Virus record (IMG/VR): IMGVR_UViG_2706796350_000001
Coordinates: 1 to 64,000 of that record
Reading direction: 5' to 3' (one strand)
DNA length: 64,000 nt
Source of the DNA: a virus
Lineage: Duplodnaviria > Caudoviricetes
Positions 1 to 8,862 of the stretch are shown here, piece by piece. The translations under genes were made by a program, and so were the position numbers. The notes under the pieces are model-generated. The model was not told the DNA's origin, did not search any database, and saw only the letters and a program-made list of their open reading frames with translations. Within the stretch, counting starts at the first letter, position 1; each line of letters begins with the position of its first letter.

Positions 1-20
1 GAAGAGGCGGGAGAAGGGCA

Positions 21-206
21 ATGAGGCGGCTAAGCGGGTACGCCGTAGCCAACGTGTCACTCATCGGTTTCGGCGGTTGGATGATGGGCTATGGCTCAGC
101 ACAGGACGGCACTCCGTGGTGGTGGATCGCGCTGGCCGTCCTATTGCTCGGCTCTGAAGCATGGCTGCACTTGTTCGATCGCAACGACGCATTGGAGTGG
201 GTATGA
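21..206 (+). CDS. small membrane protein, two hydrophobic segments
   Basis: ATG after GGAGAAGG; two TM-like stretches; stop overlaps the next ATG. Confidence 0.6.
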   Translation: MRRLSGYAVANVSLIGFGGWMMGYGSAQDGTPWWWIALAVLLLGSEAWLHLFDRNDALEWV

Positions 207-373
207 CCACGACACAACAGCAAGCAGGGCATTACGGAACTTGCGATGACTGTGGAGAGCCGTTCGAGCCGACCGACACTGTGGAGATCACAGAGGACCA
301 GCGGATCATCTGCCCGCTGTGTACTGCGGAGAACGAATCCGATAATGGCAAAAGGTGGGGTGACAACGGATGA
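203..373 (+). CDS. small Zn-ribbon protein (CxxC...CxxC)
   Basis: In-frame ATG at 203 within ORF 161..373; CDDC and CPLC motifs; ATGA overlaps on both sides. Confidence 0.65.
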   Translation: MTTTQQQAGHYGTCDDCGEPFEPTDTVEITEDQRIICPLCTAENESDNGKRWGDNG

Positions 374-2850
374 CACTCGAAGTCAATGATGCGATTGCCA
401 GTCGACTGAAGAGACTGACGCCCGCACAACGTGAAGCGTTGCTGAAGAAGGTAACGCCGCGCATCGTCGAGCCGTACATGGCGCATATCCCGCACCCCAA
501 GCAGCAGGTGTTCCTCACACTGAACTGCCGCGAAGCGATGTATGGAGGGGCGGCGGGTGGCGGTAAGTCAGACGCTGTGCTCATGGCCGCATTGCAGTAC
601 GTCGATGTGCCTGGTTACTCCGCGCTGATCCTGCGCCGTACGTGGCCGGACTTGAACGCACCAGGCGCGATCCTCGACCGTGCACGTACGTGGTTGGCGA
701 ACACCGACGCTCAACAGAAAGACGGCGGTCGTCTGTGGGTGTTCCCTTCCGGTGCCAAGCTCTCGTTCGGATACATGCAGCGCGACGCAGACAAGTACAA
801 GTTCCAGTGCTTCCGCAAGGACACCGAACTACTCACGCAGCGTGGGTGGGTGAACGTCGCAGATGTCACGACAGAGGACATGGTTGCTTCGGTGAATCCC
901 AAAACGCGGGCGATGTCGTATGAGCGTGTCAGCAAGACGTTCCAGTACGCGCACAACGACAAGCTCGTGGACATCTACCAGCAGAACGGCGTGAGCATGG
1001 CTGTGACGAAGAATCACACCGTGTGGGCGGGTACGGAGAAGAAACCGGAGTTGAAGCCGTACAGGGCCGATCAGCTACCCGCAACGGCCACCATCCCGCA
1101 AGTCTTCGAGTGGGCAGGTGCACCGGCATCCGGCAAGTCGTTCAAGACCCGCGAGCGCGGCGGTCACGTATTCACGCCGGAACAGTGGTTGAAGTTCCTC
1201 GGTTGGTACATCGCGGAAGGTAACTGCGGTGAGTACGGCGGTCGTTGGGAAGTGAAGATCACGCAGCAGAAGGATGAGGGCTGGGATCAGTTGCGTGCTG
1301 ACCTCGGCGACATCGAAGGTTTGCGGTGGGTCGATCACAAGTTCGTGACGCTGAACAACAAGGCGCTCGTGGAATGGCTTATTCAACACACGAAGACAGG
1401 TGCACATAACAAGCGTCTGCCGAAGGAGGTGTTCGACCTTCAGCCGTCCGATGCAGAGACTCTGCTCAGGGCGATGGTTGCGGGTGATGGATCAGCGATG
1501 AGCGACAAGTGGCTGCGGTATTACACGTACAGCCCCAAGCTCGCAGATGATGTGATGCGCCTGGCAGTCCATGCCGGTTGGAGACCAACTCTCGATGTTC
1601 GGAACGGTGGCAACTACGTCGATGGTTCGATCACGTACATCGTCCATCTCTCGAAGCGTGGGCGGGATACGGGCCTGTTGTCCGCGAAGCAGAACGACAC
1701 CGATACCTCGTTCTGGCGGAACACGCATTACAAGCAGCCCGTGTATTGCGTGGAGACCCCGCGTTTCAACACGCTAGTGATTCGTCACCGTGGGCGTGTG
1801 TCCATGTCCGGCAACTCCGCTGAGTATCAGTTCATCGGCTTCGATGAACTTACGCACTTCGAGGAAGCACCGTACCTGTACCTGTTCTCCCGTCTGCGGC
1901 GTCCAGACCTGGTGTGTCTGAACTGCTCCAACGCGGTGCGCAAGTACGTGTACGAAGGCAAAGCCAAGTGGGCGCACACCTCCCGTAAGGCAGACCGGTG
2001 CAAGCATGTGTTCCCTGACCCCAAGGTGATCGAGCAGTACCCCGAATCGTCGGACGGCATGACCGTGTTCGACATTCCCCTCCGCATGCGTAGTGCCACT
2101 AACCCCGGCGGCATTGGCAACGAGTGGGTGCGTCAGCGTTTCGTGGATGAGGAAACGCGGGTGGAAGACGCAGTGTTCGTTCCCGCCCGACTCCACGACA
2201 ACCCGTCACTGGACCGGGACTCGTACCGCGAATCCCTGTCGCATCTGTCGGTGGTGGACCGTGAGCGATTGGAGAACGGCGACTGGGACGTGACGGAGAG
2301 TGGAGATTTCTTCCAGCGTGGTTGGTGGAAGATCGGCCATTCAGCCAACGACGACAAGGCAGAGCGCGTGCGGTTCTGGGATATGGCTGCGACCGATGGC
2401 GGCGGTGACTACACAGCCTCGTGCTTGCTTGCCCGACTTCCCGATGGCACGTGGGAGATTCAAGACGTGTGGCGTGGGCAGGTGTCCGGTGCCAAGCAGG
2501 AGGCGCTGATCGAACAGTTCGCAAAGGCAGATGGCCGACATGTCCCGATCCGCATGGAGCAAGAGCCGGGATCAGCGGGTAAGAACTTGATCGATCACTA
2601 CGCTCGCAAAGTCCTGTACGGCTACAACTTTGATGGCGTGCGAGCGACGGGCACTAAGGCGGATCGTGCCTACCCGGTTGCCGTGGCAGCAGAGAAGGGG
2701 CACATCAAGATCATGCCCAATCAGTTCACCCGCGAGTTCTTGAACGAACTCGACGCGTTCCCTGGTGGCGCGAACGACGACATGGTGGATGCCCTCAGCG
2801 GTGCCTTCACGTTCCTGTCGTTCGCCAGACGTGGACGACTGCTCGTGTGA
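370..2850 (+). CDS. terL: terminase large subunit containing an intein
   Basis: Walker A-like GGAAGGGKS; Walker B FIGFDELTHF; SATNPGG; C-terminal nuclease motifs RFWDMAAT and DDMVDALS. Confidence 0.95.
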   Translation: MTLEVNDAIASRLKRLTPAQREALLKKVTPRIVEPYMAHIPHPKQQVFLTLNCREAMYGGAAGGGKSDAVLMAALQYVDVPGYSALILRRTWPDLNAPGAILDRARTWLANTDAQQKDGGRLWVFPSGAKLSFGYMQRDADKYKFQCFRKDTELLTQRGWVNVADVTTEDMVASVNPKTRAMSYERVSKTFQYAHNDKLVDIYQQNGVSMAVTKNHTVWAGTEKKPELKPYRADQLPATATIPQVFEWAGAPASGKSFKTRERGGHVFTPEQWLKFLGWYIAEGNCGEYGGRWEVKITQQKDEGWDQLRADLGDIEGLRWVDHKFVTLNNKALVEWLIQHTKTGAHNKRLPKEVFDLQPSDAETLLRAMVAGDGSAMSDKWLRYYTYSPKLADDVMRLAVHAGWRPTLDVRNGGNYVDGSITYIVHLSKRGRDTGLLSAKQNDTDTSFWRNTHYKQPVYCVETPRFNTLVIRHRGRVSMSGNSAEYQFIGFDELTHFEEAPYLYLFSRLRRPDLVCLNCSNAVRKYVYEGKAKWAHTSRKADRCKHVFPDPKVIEQYPESSDGMTVFDIPLRMRSATNPGGIGNEWVRQRFVDEETRVEDAVFVPARLHDNPSLDRDSYRESLSHLSVVDRERLENGDWDVTESGDFFQRGWWKIGHSANDDKAERVRFWDMAATDGGGDYTASCLLARLPDGTWEIQDVWRGQVSGAKQEALIEQFAKADGRHVPIRMEQEPGSAGKNLIDHYARKVLYGYNFDGVRATGTKADRAYPVAVAAEKGHIKIMPNQFTREFLNELDAFPGGANDDMVDALSGAFTFLSFARRGRLLV
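808..1815 (+). mobile_element. intein (336 aa) with LAGLIDADG homing endonuclease, inserted in TerL
   Basis: Starts CFRKDTELLTQRGW after KYKFQ; ends ...RGRVSMSGN followed by Ser; LAGLIDADG-like FLGWYIAEGN and LRAMVAGDGS; removal restores KFQ-SAEYQFIGFDE. Confidence 0.93.
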
Positions 2851-2859
2851 ATGTAGAAA

Positions 2860-2890
2860 GCCCCGGCCCCTGGTGAGAGGGAGCCGGGGC
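2860..2890. terminator. GC-rich hairpin after terL, possible terminator
   Basis: GCCCCGGC...GCCGGGGC stem just after the terL stop; the only A/U run is on the 5' side (AAA). Confidence 0.45.
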
Positions 2891-2941
2891 AATCCGCACC
2901 GAAACAGGAAAAGCAGCATCTGGTCATAGGAGGAACCATAT

Positions 2942-3256
2942 GTGCAACGCAGATTCTACTACAAGAACCAACGGCAGGAGACTCCGGTGAACACGCGGCA
3001 GGCATTGCGAGCCAAGATGGACCGAGACATCCGGTCCCTGAACAAGCGGCGGGTCATCCTGTTCCTTGTTCTGTTTGTGACGATCGCAAACTATCTGATC
3101 CGTCTCTACACGGTGGACTTCCACCCCACGGGAGGCATAGAGGTCTGGATCGCTCACGCGTTTGTCGCTACGATCACTCCACTCGTCGCTGGCATGTTGA
3201 TCGAGCAGAACATGCGGCAGCGCAGGGAAGAGCAGGAGAGCAGGAAACCGAAATGA
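2942..3256 (+). CDS. membrane protein, two TM segments
   Basis: AGGAGGA RBS then GTG; two hydrophobic helices; alternative GTG start at 2987. Confidence 0.65.
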   Translation: MQRRFYYKNQRQETPVNTRQALRAKMDRDIRSLNKRRVILFLVLFVTIANYLIRLYTVDFHPTGGIEVWIAHAFVATITPLVAGMLIEQNMRQRREEQESRKPK

Positions 3257-3274
3257 CAATGCCGTACAAGAAAA

Positions 3275-3460
3275 GTGTTCGTGTACGACAACGGGGCACG
3301 CGTCGTCGAGCAGCCTGTCTTGGAGGCACCGATGTACGACACCCAAACGAATACATGGAGGCTGACGTATCCCGTAACCACCGGATCGAACACGTACCGC
3401 TCCGCAACCAAGCATGTCGGTAACAACCGGCTTATTGAGATCAGGGAAGTAGACGGATGA
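3275..3460 (+). CDS. hypothetical protein; N-terminus possibly displaced by a frameshift (see findings)
   Basis: GTG-start ORF whose stop overlaps the next ATG. Confidence 0.5.
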   Translation: MFVYDNGARVVEQPVLEAPMYDTQTNTWRLTYPVTTGSNTYRSATKHVGNNRLIEIREVDG

Positions 3461-3711
3461 GTCAACCGTTGTCGGGAGTAACCGGCCAGAAACTGAATAT
3501 CCAAAACGAGAAGAGGAAGTACACAGTGAATCGACAGAACAGTAACGGGGAGTCATCCATCTCCGTCCGTCTTGCCATCACCTTGGCTCTTATCCTGGCC
3601 GGTGTCGTGTGCGTCCCTGTGGGCGTCTCGATGGTGGCGGGTGCCGGGGCAGGTGTCGTCGCTTTCGGGGCCGTAGCGTTGGTTCTGGGACTGATTCTCG
3701 GGGTGCTGTGA
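3457..3711 (+). CDS. membrane protein
   Basis: C-terminal double hydrophobic helix; ATGA coupling. Confidence 0.65.
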   Translation: MSQPLSGVTGQKLNIQNEKRKYTVNRQNSNGESSISVRLAITLALILAGVVCVPVGVSMVAGAGAGVVAFGAVALVLGLILGVL

Positions 3712-4031
3712 TGACCAGCCAGCCGCAGGACGGCGAATACGTCTTCGACCTCCAAGTGAACGAACCGCCCACGTCGTCGAACGAGGCTTTGGGCATTCAC
3801 ATCTACTTCATCCCCAGTGGTGAGGAAGAAGGCGAGACACCGGAAGTGGTGGTTTCGTCGAACATGCCTGTGGCCGACATCGAGCGTGGACTCGCCACCT
3901 CGTTAGAAGCACTGGACACCTGGTGGCAGCGAGACGCCCACCAGTTCCCCGAAGAAGTTCTTGGCTTGCGAGACTTGGCATTCGTCAATCGCATATGGAC
4001 GCCGTTCAGCGAACCGGAGGAACAACGATGA
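3711..4031 (+). CDS. hypothetical protein
   Basis: ATG overlapping the previous stop, within ORF 3609..4031. Confidence 0.65.
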   Translation: MTSQPQDGEYVFDLQVNEPPTSSNEALGIHIYFIPSGEEEGETPEVVVSSNMPVADIERGLATSLEALDTWWQRDAHQFPEEVLGLRDLAFVNRIWTPFSEPEEQR

Positions 4032-4612
4032 ACATTCCCAAGCGCAAGAGCAGCCACGGCCATGTCTTCCCTCGTATCGACGGCGGACGAATGCGGTGCG
4101 GTGGACCAGCACTCTGCAAGGTGTGCGCCGCTGAATACCGTGAGGCAATGCTTGCAGGCTATGACGTTAGCCATGTTCCCACACCCAAGAAAGAGAAGCC
4201 GACCATGAGCGCAGTGATGAACTTCGACGACTATCAGAGGGCGACTACCGAGACGGCGATCTACCCGCATGTCGGTGATGGATACGGGCCGGAGCTGGAT
4301 GGTCTGATCGGTGTGCATGTTGCGGCGCTGTCCTACCTTGGCCTCGGACTTAGTGAAGTCGGGGAAGTACAAGGCAAGATCAAGAAGCTCATTCGTGATG
4401 GCGGGTACACCAGCGAAACCGCGCCGTACGTTGAGATCACCGCATCGCAGCGTGAAGAGATTCTGTCGGAGTGTGGCGATGCGCTTTGGTACATCACGCA
4501 GCTTGCCGCGTTCCTGCAATCAGAGCTGTCGCATGTCGCACAGATGAACATCGACAAGCTCCGCAGCCGTAAGGATCGCGGTGTCATCGGTGGATCGGGA
4601 GACAACCGATGA
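4028..4612 (+). CDS. MazG-like nucleotide pyrophosphohydrolase with N-terminal Cys/His-rich extension
   Basis: FDDYQRAT..TAIYP, LGLSEVGEVQGKIKK, ECGDALWY and NIDKLRSRKDRGVIGGSGDNR match the phage MazG-like pattern. Confidence 0.85.
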   Translation: MNIPKRKSSHGHVFPRIDGGRMRCGGPALCKVCAAEYREAMLAGYDVSHVPTPKKEKPTMSAVMNFDDYQRATTETAIYPHVGDGYGPELDGLIGVHVAALSYLGLGLSEVGEVQGKIKKLIRDGGYTSETAPYVEITASQREEILSECGDALWYITQLAAFLQSELSHVAQMNIDKLRSRKDRGVIGGSGDNR

Positions 4613-4851
4613 GCAGTCAACTTCCACGACTCGCCAAAGTTAAGGCGCAGTATCACGCGGGATCAGACACCCACTACGTCCTCGGGTGGTTCTTCCGCGA
4701 CGGTGTTCAGATCGATGACTACCCCGTAGAGCCGGACCTGTCCGTGAAGGTGGAGAAGTCGGGAGCGTATCTGGACGACACCGACACGCGGGAAGAGATC
4801 GCGCTGTTCCTGGTGGATCAGATGTCTGCGAGGTTGATCGATCGTGGGTGA
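4609..4851 (+). CDS. hypothetical protein
   Basis: Coupled ORF in the operon. Confidence 0.65.
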   Translation: MSSQLPRLAKVKAQYHAGSDTHYVLGWFFRDGVQIDDYPVEPDLSVKVEKSGAYLDDTDTREEIALFLVDQMSARLIDRG

Positions 4852-5236
4852 CGTGATCCGGCATGAGAAGCATGCCTACAACTGCGTCTACGCGACCGAG
4901 AACTTGGACCTGGACCTGGAATGCGAACTGTGTCCTGTAGCGCCTGAGCCGAGCGATGAGCGGGTTGTGATGGGCCTCGGGGAGGTAGTGGTGTCCGACG
5001 AACCACGGGTGGCCGACCAGAAGCTCAGCGACTCGATCATGGAAGTCGACAGTCTGTTCACGATCCCGACTCTTGTACAGGCACGCATCCTCACCACGGA
5101 GCAACTGACAGAAGAGTTTCGGGCGTTGGGCAATCGGTTGTTGATCGAGATGCCGGAAGGTCGGAACCGTGATGAAGCGATCCGCGTTCTCTCCACGGCT
5201 CACCTGATCATGGTGCGCGGCATGGCCCTCGATTGA
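4844..5236 (+). CDS. hypothetical protein
   Basis: Coupled ORF in the operon. Confidence 0.65.
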   Translation: MGDVIRHEKHAYNCVYATENLDLDLECELCPVAPEPSDERVVMGLGEVVVSDEPRVADQKLSDSIMEVDSLFTIPTLVQARILTTEQLTEEFRALGNRLLIEMPEGRNRDEAIRVLSTAHLIMVRGMALD

Positions 5237-5323
5237 CATAACCAGGGTCGACGCCGAAGTACCATCAGGAGGTAATCGCGGCGGTGCTGACCGTTCGCGG
5301 GACAACAATCGAAGGAGTATTCC

Positions 5324-7891
5324 GTGGCAGGACGTTTTCTGAACGGTCTGTTCGAGCGCAAAGGCAACTCCCCGAACGAAGCAACGGCACGCGCTGGCGG
5401 TCCAGCTCTTGCTACGTCGGGTATGCCGCTGTCGGGCACCACCGGTCAATGGGACATGGACCAGGCCGTTAATCGCGGCCTCGAACGTGTGGGGATGGTC
5501 TTTCGGTGCGTGGACGCTATCGCACAGACTCAGGCACGTATCCCCATGCAACTCACCCGCATGAACCCCGGCGCTGCCCGTGGTGATGCAGATGTCGTGG
5601 AGGACATCGACATTTGGAAGTTGCTGAACTTCCGAAGCAACCCGTACGAGACCAGTACGCAGTTGCGTTACCGCATCAGCGCCACACTCTTGCTGTCCCG
5701 GCGCGGTGCGTTCATCGAAATGGTGCCGGGTAAAGACGGCAAGGTGGCAGAGCTGCACTTGCTTCTCCCCGGCAGTGTGATGCCGATTCCCGACCCCAAG
5801 CGGTTTGTGAGCGGCTACCAGATCATGCGTGGCGATTCGGTGATCGATGAATTGCCGCCCGAGCGTGTGTGCTGGATCAAGGCGAAGCCGCACCCCACCG
5901 ATCCCTACTCGCAACTGACCCCGCTCATGGCAGCGGGACTCTCGGTAGAGACCGATCTGCTGGCGCGTACGTTCAACCGCAACTTCCTCGCGAACGACGG
6001 TCGCCCCGGCATGCTCGTGACGATCCAGGGTCAGTTGAACCGGGAAGACGCAGACGAGATCAAGTCGCGGTTCAGTGGCGGTTACTCGCAAGCCGGTCGT
6101 ACATCGGTGATTGAGGCGGACGGCATCGACGTTGCCGACTTGGCAGTCAGCCCCCGCGACCTTCAGTGGTCCGAACTCATCAAGGGGTCGAAGGAAGATA
6201 TTCAGCTCGCGTTCGGAGTTCCCGAAAGCGTGATGGGTAACGCAAGCGGGAGGACGTTCGACAATGCCGACGCAGAGCGAGAGAACTTCTACATCGACAC
6301 GATCCAGACCCACTGCGAGCCTATTGCAATGGGCCTCGACGCAATTACGGGAGATCGTAATGATGATGTCGTTGTCACCTACGATTTCAGTGGAGTTGAC
6401 GTTCTTCAGCGCGTCGCTGCACGTAAGCGCGAGGAATACCGTTCGGAGTTCGCCGCCGGTCTCATCACCATCGACGAGTACCGCGAACTCTCGGGTCGAA
6501 CCATCTTCGATGTTGTTGGTTCACGAGTGCTGTTCACCAGCGCAGGACTAGCAATCGCGAAGACCCCCGAGGATCAGGCCGGGATCATGAAGTACCAGCA
6601 AGTAGGTACCTCTCCCGGCGAAGGATTGCAGGGGGCGGCAGCGGCAGAGTCTGGCGCACTGAAGGGTGTCCGCAAGGGCATCCAGGAGGGTGATCGTCAG
6701 CGTGGTAACACACAGGCAGCCACCGCAATTCGGCAACGTGCCATGCAGCTCAGCAAGTCGTTCGGGGATGACCTGGAACGCAAGGACATTGAGACCGTTC
6801 AGAAAACTGGCGAAGCGATCGAGATGGAACACCCCTACTTGATCACCCGCTACAAGATGGAGGGCTTTCTTGAAGGTCAGCTCGTGCAGTGGGACTCTCG
6901 CCAGGAAGATGTTGTTGCCGACCGTCTCAATCACGTGAAGTTCCGCAAGGGCACGCGGCACTGGGAAGAGAAGGGCGGTGACAAGTTCCCGAAGAGCGAG
7001 AAGTGCAAGTACTGCAAGGAACCGGCGACTAAGCGCATCATTCACAGTGAGGGTAGGGCGTACGTCCCTGTATGCGGCGATCACCTGAGCAAGGGCAAGG
7101 AAGCCGCAGCATCGAGCACCCCTCCCGGCTCCGGTCCTGATCCGTCGAACATCGATCGAATCGACGATGTGAAGTCGGGTGCATACGACGACCGCGAGGT
7201 GAAGGCACTCAACCCGTCTTACGCAATCAACGAAGCAAAGTGGACCCAAGACCTCGTTGACGGCCTTGGTGATTTCGTGCGGAAGGCAATGCTCCGTGAA
7301 GCGCGTCGGGTGGCCGGGGAACTGAAGGGTCTCGGCCTGGAAGATGTCACCGACATGGAGCTGTCGGGGCGCGATCCCCTGGTGTCGCTGATCGGTAGCA
7401 AGTCGGCAGTTGAAGCTGCACTCGATCCTGCGTACGGCGAAGTCATGAACATCGTCCGTGGAGCGGCGAAGAACCAGTCGGCACGCCTGAAGAAGTCCAT
7501 CGCAGACATGGACGAGGCGGGTGCATCCATCAAGCAGATCGAGGCCAAGGTTCGGCAGATGACCGGCGGTCGTGCACCGTGGCGCAAGCAACTCGCCATC
7601 AATGTCACGACGGCGGCGGTGGAGTCGGCACGTGCCCTGGTCTACGAACAGGCACCGCGAGGAACGTTCGTCAAGGAGTGGGTGTCGGAACACGACGATC
7701 GTGTGCGGCCCTCCCACGTCAAGGCAGACGGTCAGCGCAAGCCTGCCCACCTCCCGTTCAATGTCGGCGGTTCGCAGTTGCAGTACCCGTGCGACATGAG
7801 CGGTCCGGTTCATGAAGTAGCAAACTGCCGTTGCTATGCCACGTACTCTCTCAGCCCGAAGGCAGAGCAGGCGTTGGAGGCGATTCGATGA
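5324..7891 (+). CDS. portal protein fused to a MuF-like (minor head) domain
   Basis: HK97-type portal motifs (FRCVDAIAQ, PNPYET-like SNPYET, FLANDGRPG, LAFGVP, GRTFDNA); C-terminal KEWVSEHDDRVRPSH...YPCD...EVANCRC typical of Phage_Mu_F; GAAGGAG RBS. Confidence 0.9.
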   Translation: MAGRFLNGLFERKGNSPNEATARAGGPALATSGMPLSGTTGQWDMDQAVNRGLERVGMVFRCVDAIAQTQARIPMQLTRMNPGAARGDADVVEDIDIWKLLNFRSNPYETSTQLRYRISATLLLSRRGAFIEMVPGKDGKVAELHLLLPGSVMPIPDPKRFVSGYQIMRGDSVIDELPPERVCWIKAKPHPTDPYSQLTPLMAAGLSVETDLLARTFNRNFLANDGRPGMLVTIQGQLNREDADEIKSRFSGGYSQAGRTSVIEADGIDVADLAVSPRDLQWSELIKGSKEDIQLAFGVPESVMGNASGRTFDNADAERENFYIDTIQTHCEPIAMGLDAITGDRNDDVVVTYDFSGVDVLQRVAARKREEYRSEFAAGLITIDEYRELSGRTIFDVVGSRVLFTSAGLAIAKTPEDQAGIMKYQQVGTSPGEGLQGAAAAESGALKGVRKGIQEGDRQRGNTQAATAIRQRAMQLSKSFGDDLERKDIETVQKTGEAIEMEHPYLITRYKMEGFLEGQLVQWDSRQEDVVADRLNHVKFRKGTRHWEEKGGDKFPKSEKCKYCKEPATKRIIHSEGRAYVPVCGDHLSKGKEAAASSTPPGSGPDPSNIDRIDDVKSGAYDDREVKALNPSYAINEAKWTQDLVDGLGDFVRKAMLREARRVAGELKGLGLEDVTDMELSGRDPLVSLIGSKSAVEAALDPAYGEVMNIVRGAAKNQSARLKKSIADMDEAGASIKQIEAKVRQMTGGRAPWRKQLAINVTTAAVESARALVYEQAPRGTFVKEWVSEHDDRVRPSHVKADGQRKPAHLPFNVGGSQLQYPCDMSGPVHEVANCRCYATYSLSPKAEQALEAIR

Positions 7892-8862
7892 TCAACCTGA
7901 CACCGGAACAGCACGATGCCCTGTTCGGCGCTCTCGCTGCCGTACAGACGGCATTTCAACCCCGTCGAACCGTGCTCACCGAGGACAACTACGACGGGAC
8001 CGCATGTAAGTCGGTCGCGGAGCTGGCTAGCGCTAATCAGTGCACCGAGCTGAAGGCTGCGGTCTACGCGGTACAGAATCTCGAAGGCGCGGTGTACCAG
8101 GATGCTTGCCAATTCATGAAGGCGTTCTCTGCGTCGGACACGTCGGGGTGGACGAGCACCTGTGTGATGCTGACGTTCGATCGGCCCACCGCCATGCAAC
8201 TCTCGATCGATGGCGGTGACCCGTGGGACCAGATGCACGTCACTCTGGCGTTCTTCGGTGAAGCCGATCAGCTCGACGATGAAGACAAGGCAGCGATCCG
8301 TGACGCATGTGCACTAGTCGCTGCTGAGTACAAGCCGTTCGTGGCAAAGGCAAACGGGATCACGCGGTTCAGTTCGGGCGAGGAAGATAGCGAAGACGCC
8401 AAAGATGCGATTGTCGTGAACATCGACTCGTATCAGGTTTCGCGCATTCGTGAAACTCTCATGGCTCGACTCGCCAAGGTGATGCTCACCCCATCGCTGG
8501 CACACGGGTTCACCCCACACTGCACTCTTGGATGGATCGACGCGGACGACCCCATGCCGCTCGACCGTTGGGCACCGATGGATGCACGCATCGTGAGTAT
8601 CGAGGTTTGGGAGGGATCGAAGCGCGATGCAATCCCTCTCGGCACCCCGTACATTCCGGCAGAAGATGCGCCGGACGAAGAGAGCGAAGTGGCGATCACC
8701 CCGGCCCCTGTTGTTCCGCCCGCTCCTGAAGACGAGAAGGACGTGTACCGGGGTGCAGGCTCTGTGCCCAATCGCGGGACCAGTAAGCGCCGTAAGGAGA
8801 TCATTCGCCGCGCCCGTGGCCTGCTAGCAGACCCGACAGAGGAACGGAAGCACTACCTATGA
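7888..8862 (+). CDS. 2H phosphoesterase (2'-5' RNA ligase / Acb1-like fold) protein
   Basis: Two HxT motifs: MHVTLAFFG (8236) and PHCTLGW (8518). Confidence 0.8.
   Translation: MINLTPEQHDALFGALAAVQTAFQPRRTVLTEDNYDGTACKSVAELASANQCTELKAAVYAVQNLEGAVYQDACQFMKAFSASDTSGWTSTCVMLTFDRPTAMQLSIDGGDPWDQMHVTLAFFGEADQLDDEDKAAIRDACALVAAEYKPFVAKANGITRFSSGEEDSEDAKDAIVVNIDSYQVSRIRETLMARLAKVMLTPSLAHGFTPHCTLGWIDADDPMPLDRWAPMDARIVSIEVWEGSKRDAIPLGTPYIPAEDAPDEESEVAITPAPVVPPAPEDEKDVYRGAGSVPNRGTSKRRKEIIRRARGLLADPTEERKHYL

Noticed and set aside
2940-2990. 16-codon ORF from ATG 2940 behind a strong RBS
   Set aside because: The same RBS suits the overlapping GTG 2942 of the membrane gene; a regulatory uORF cannot be supported from sequence alone.
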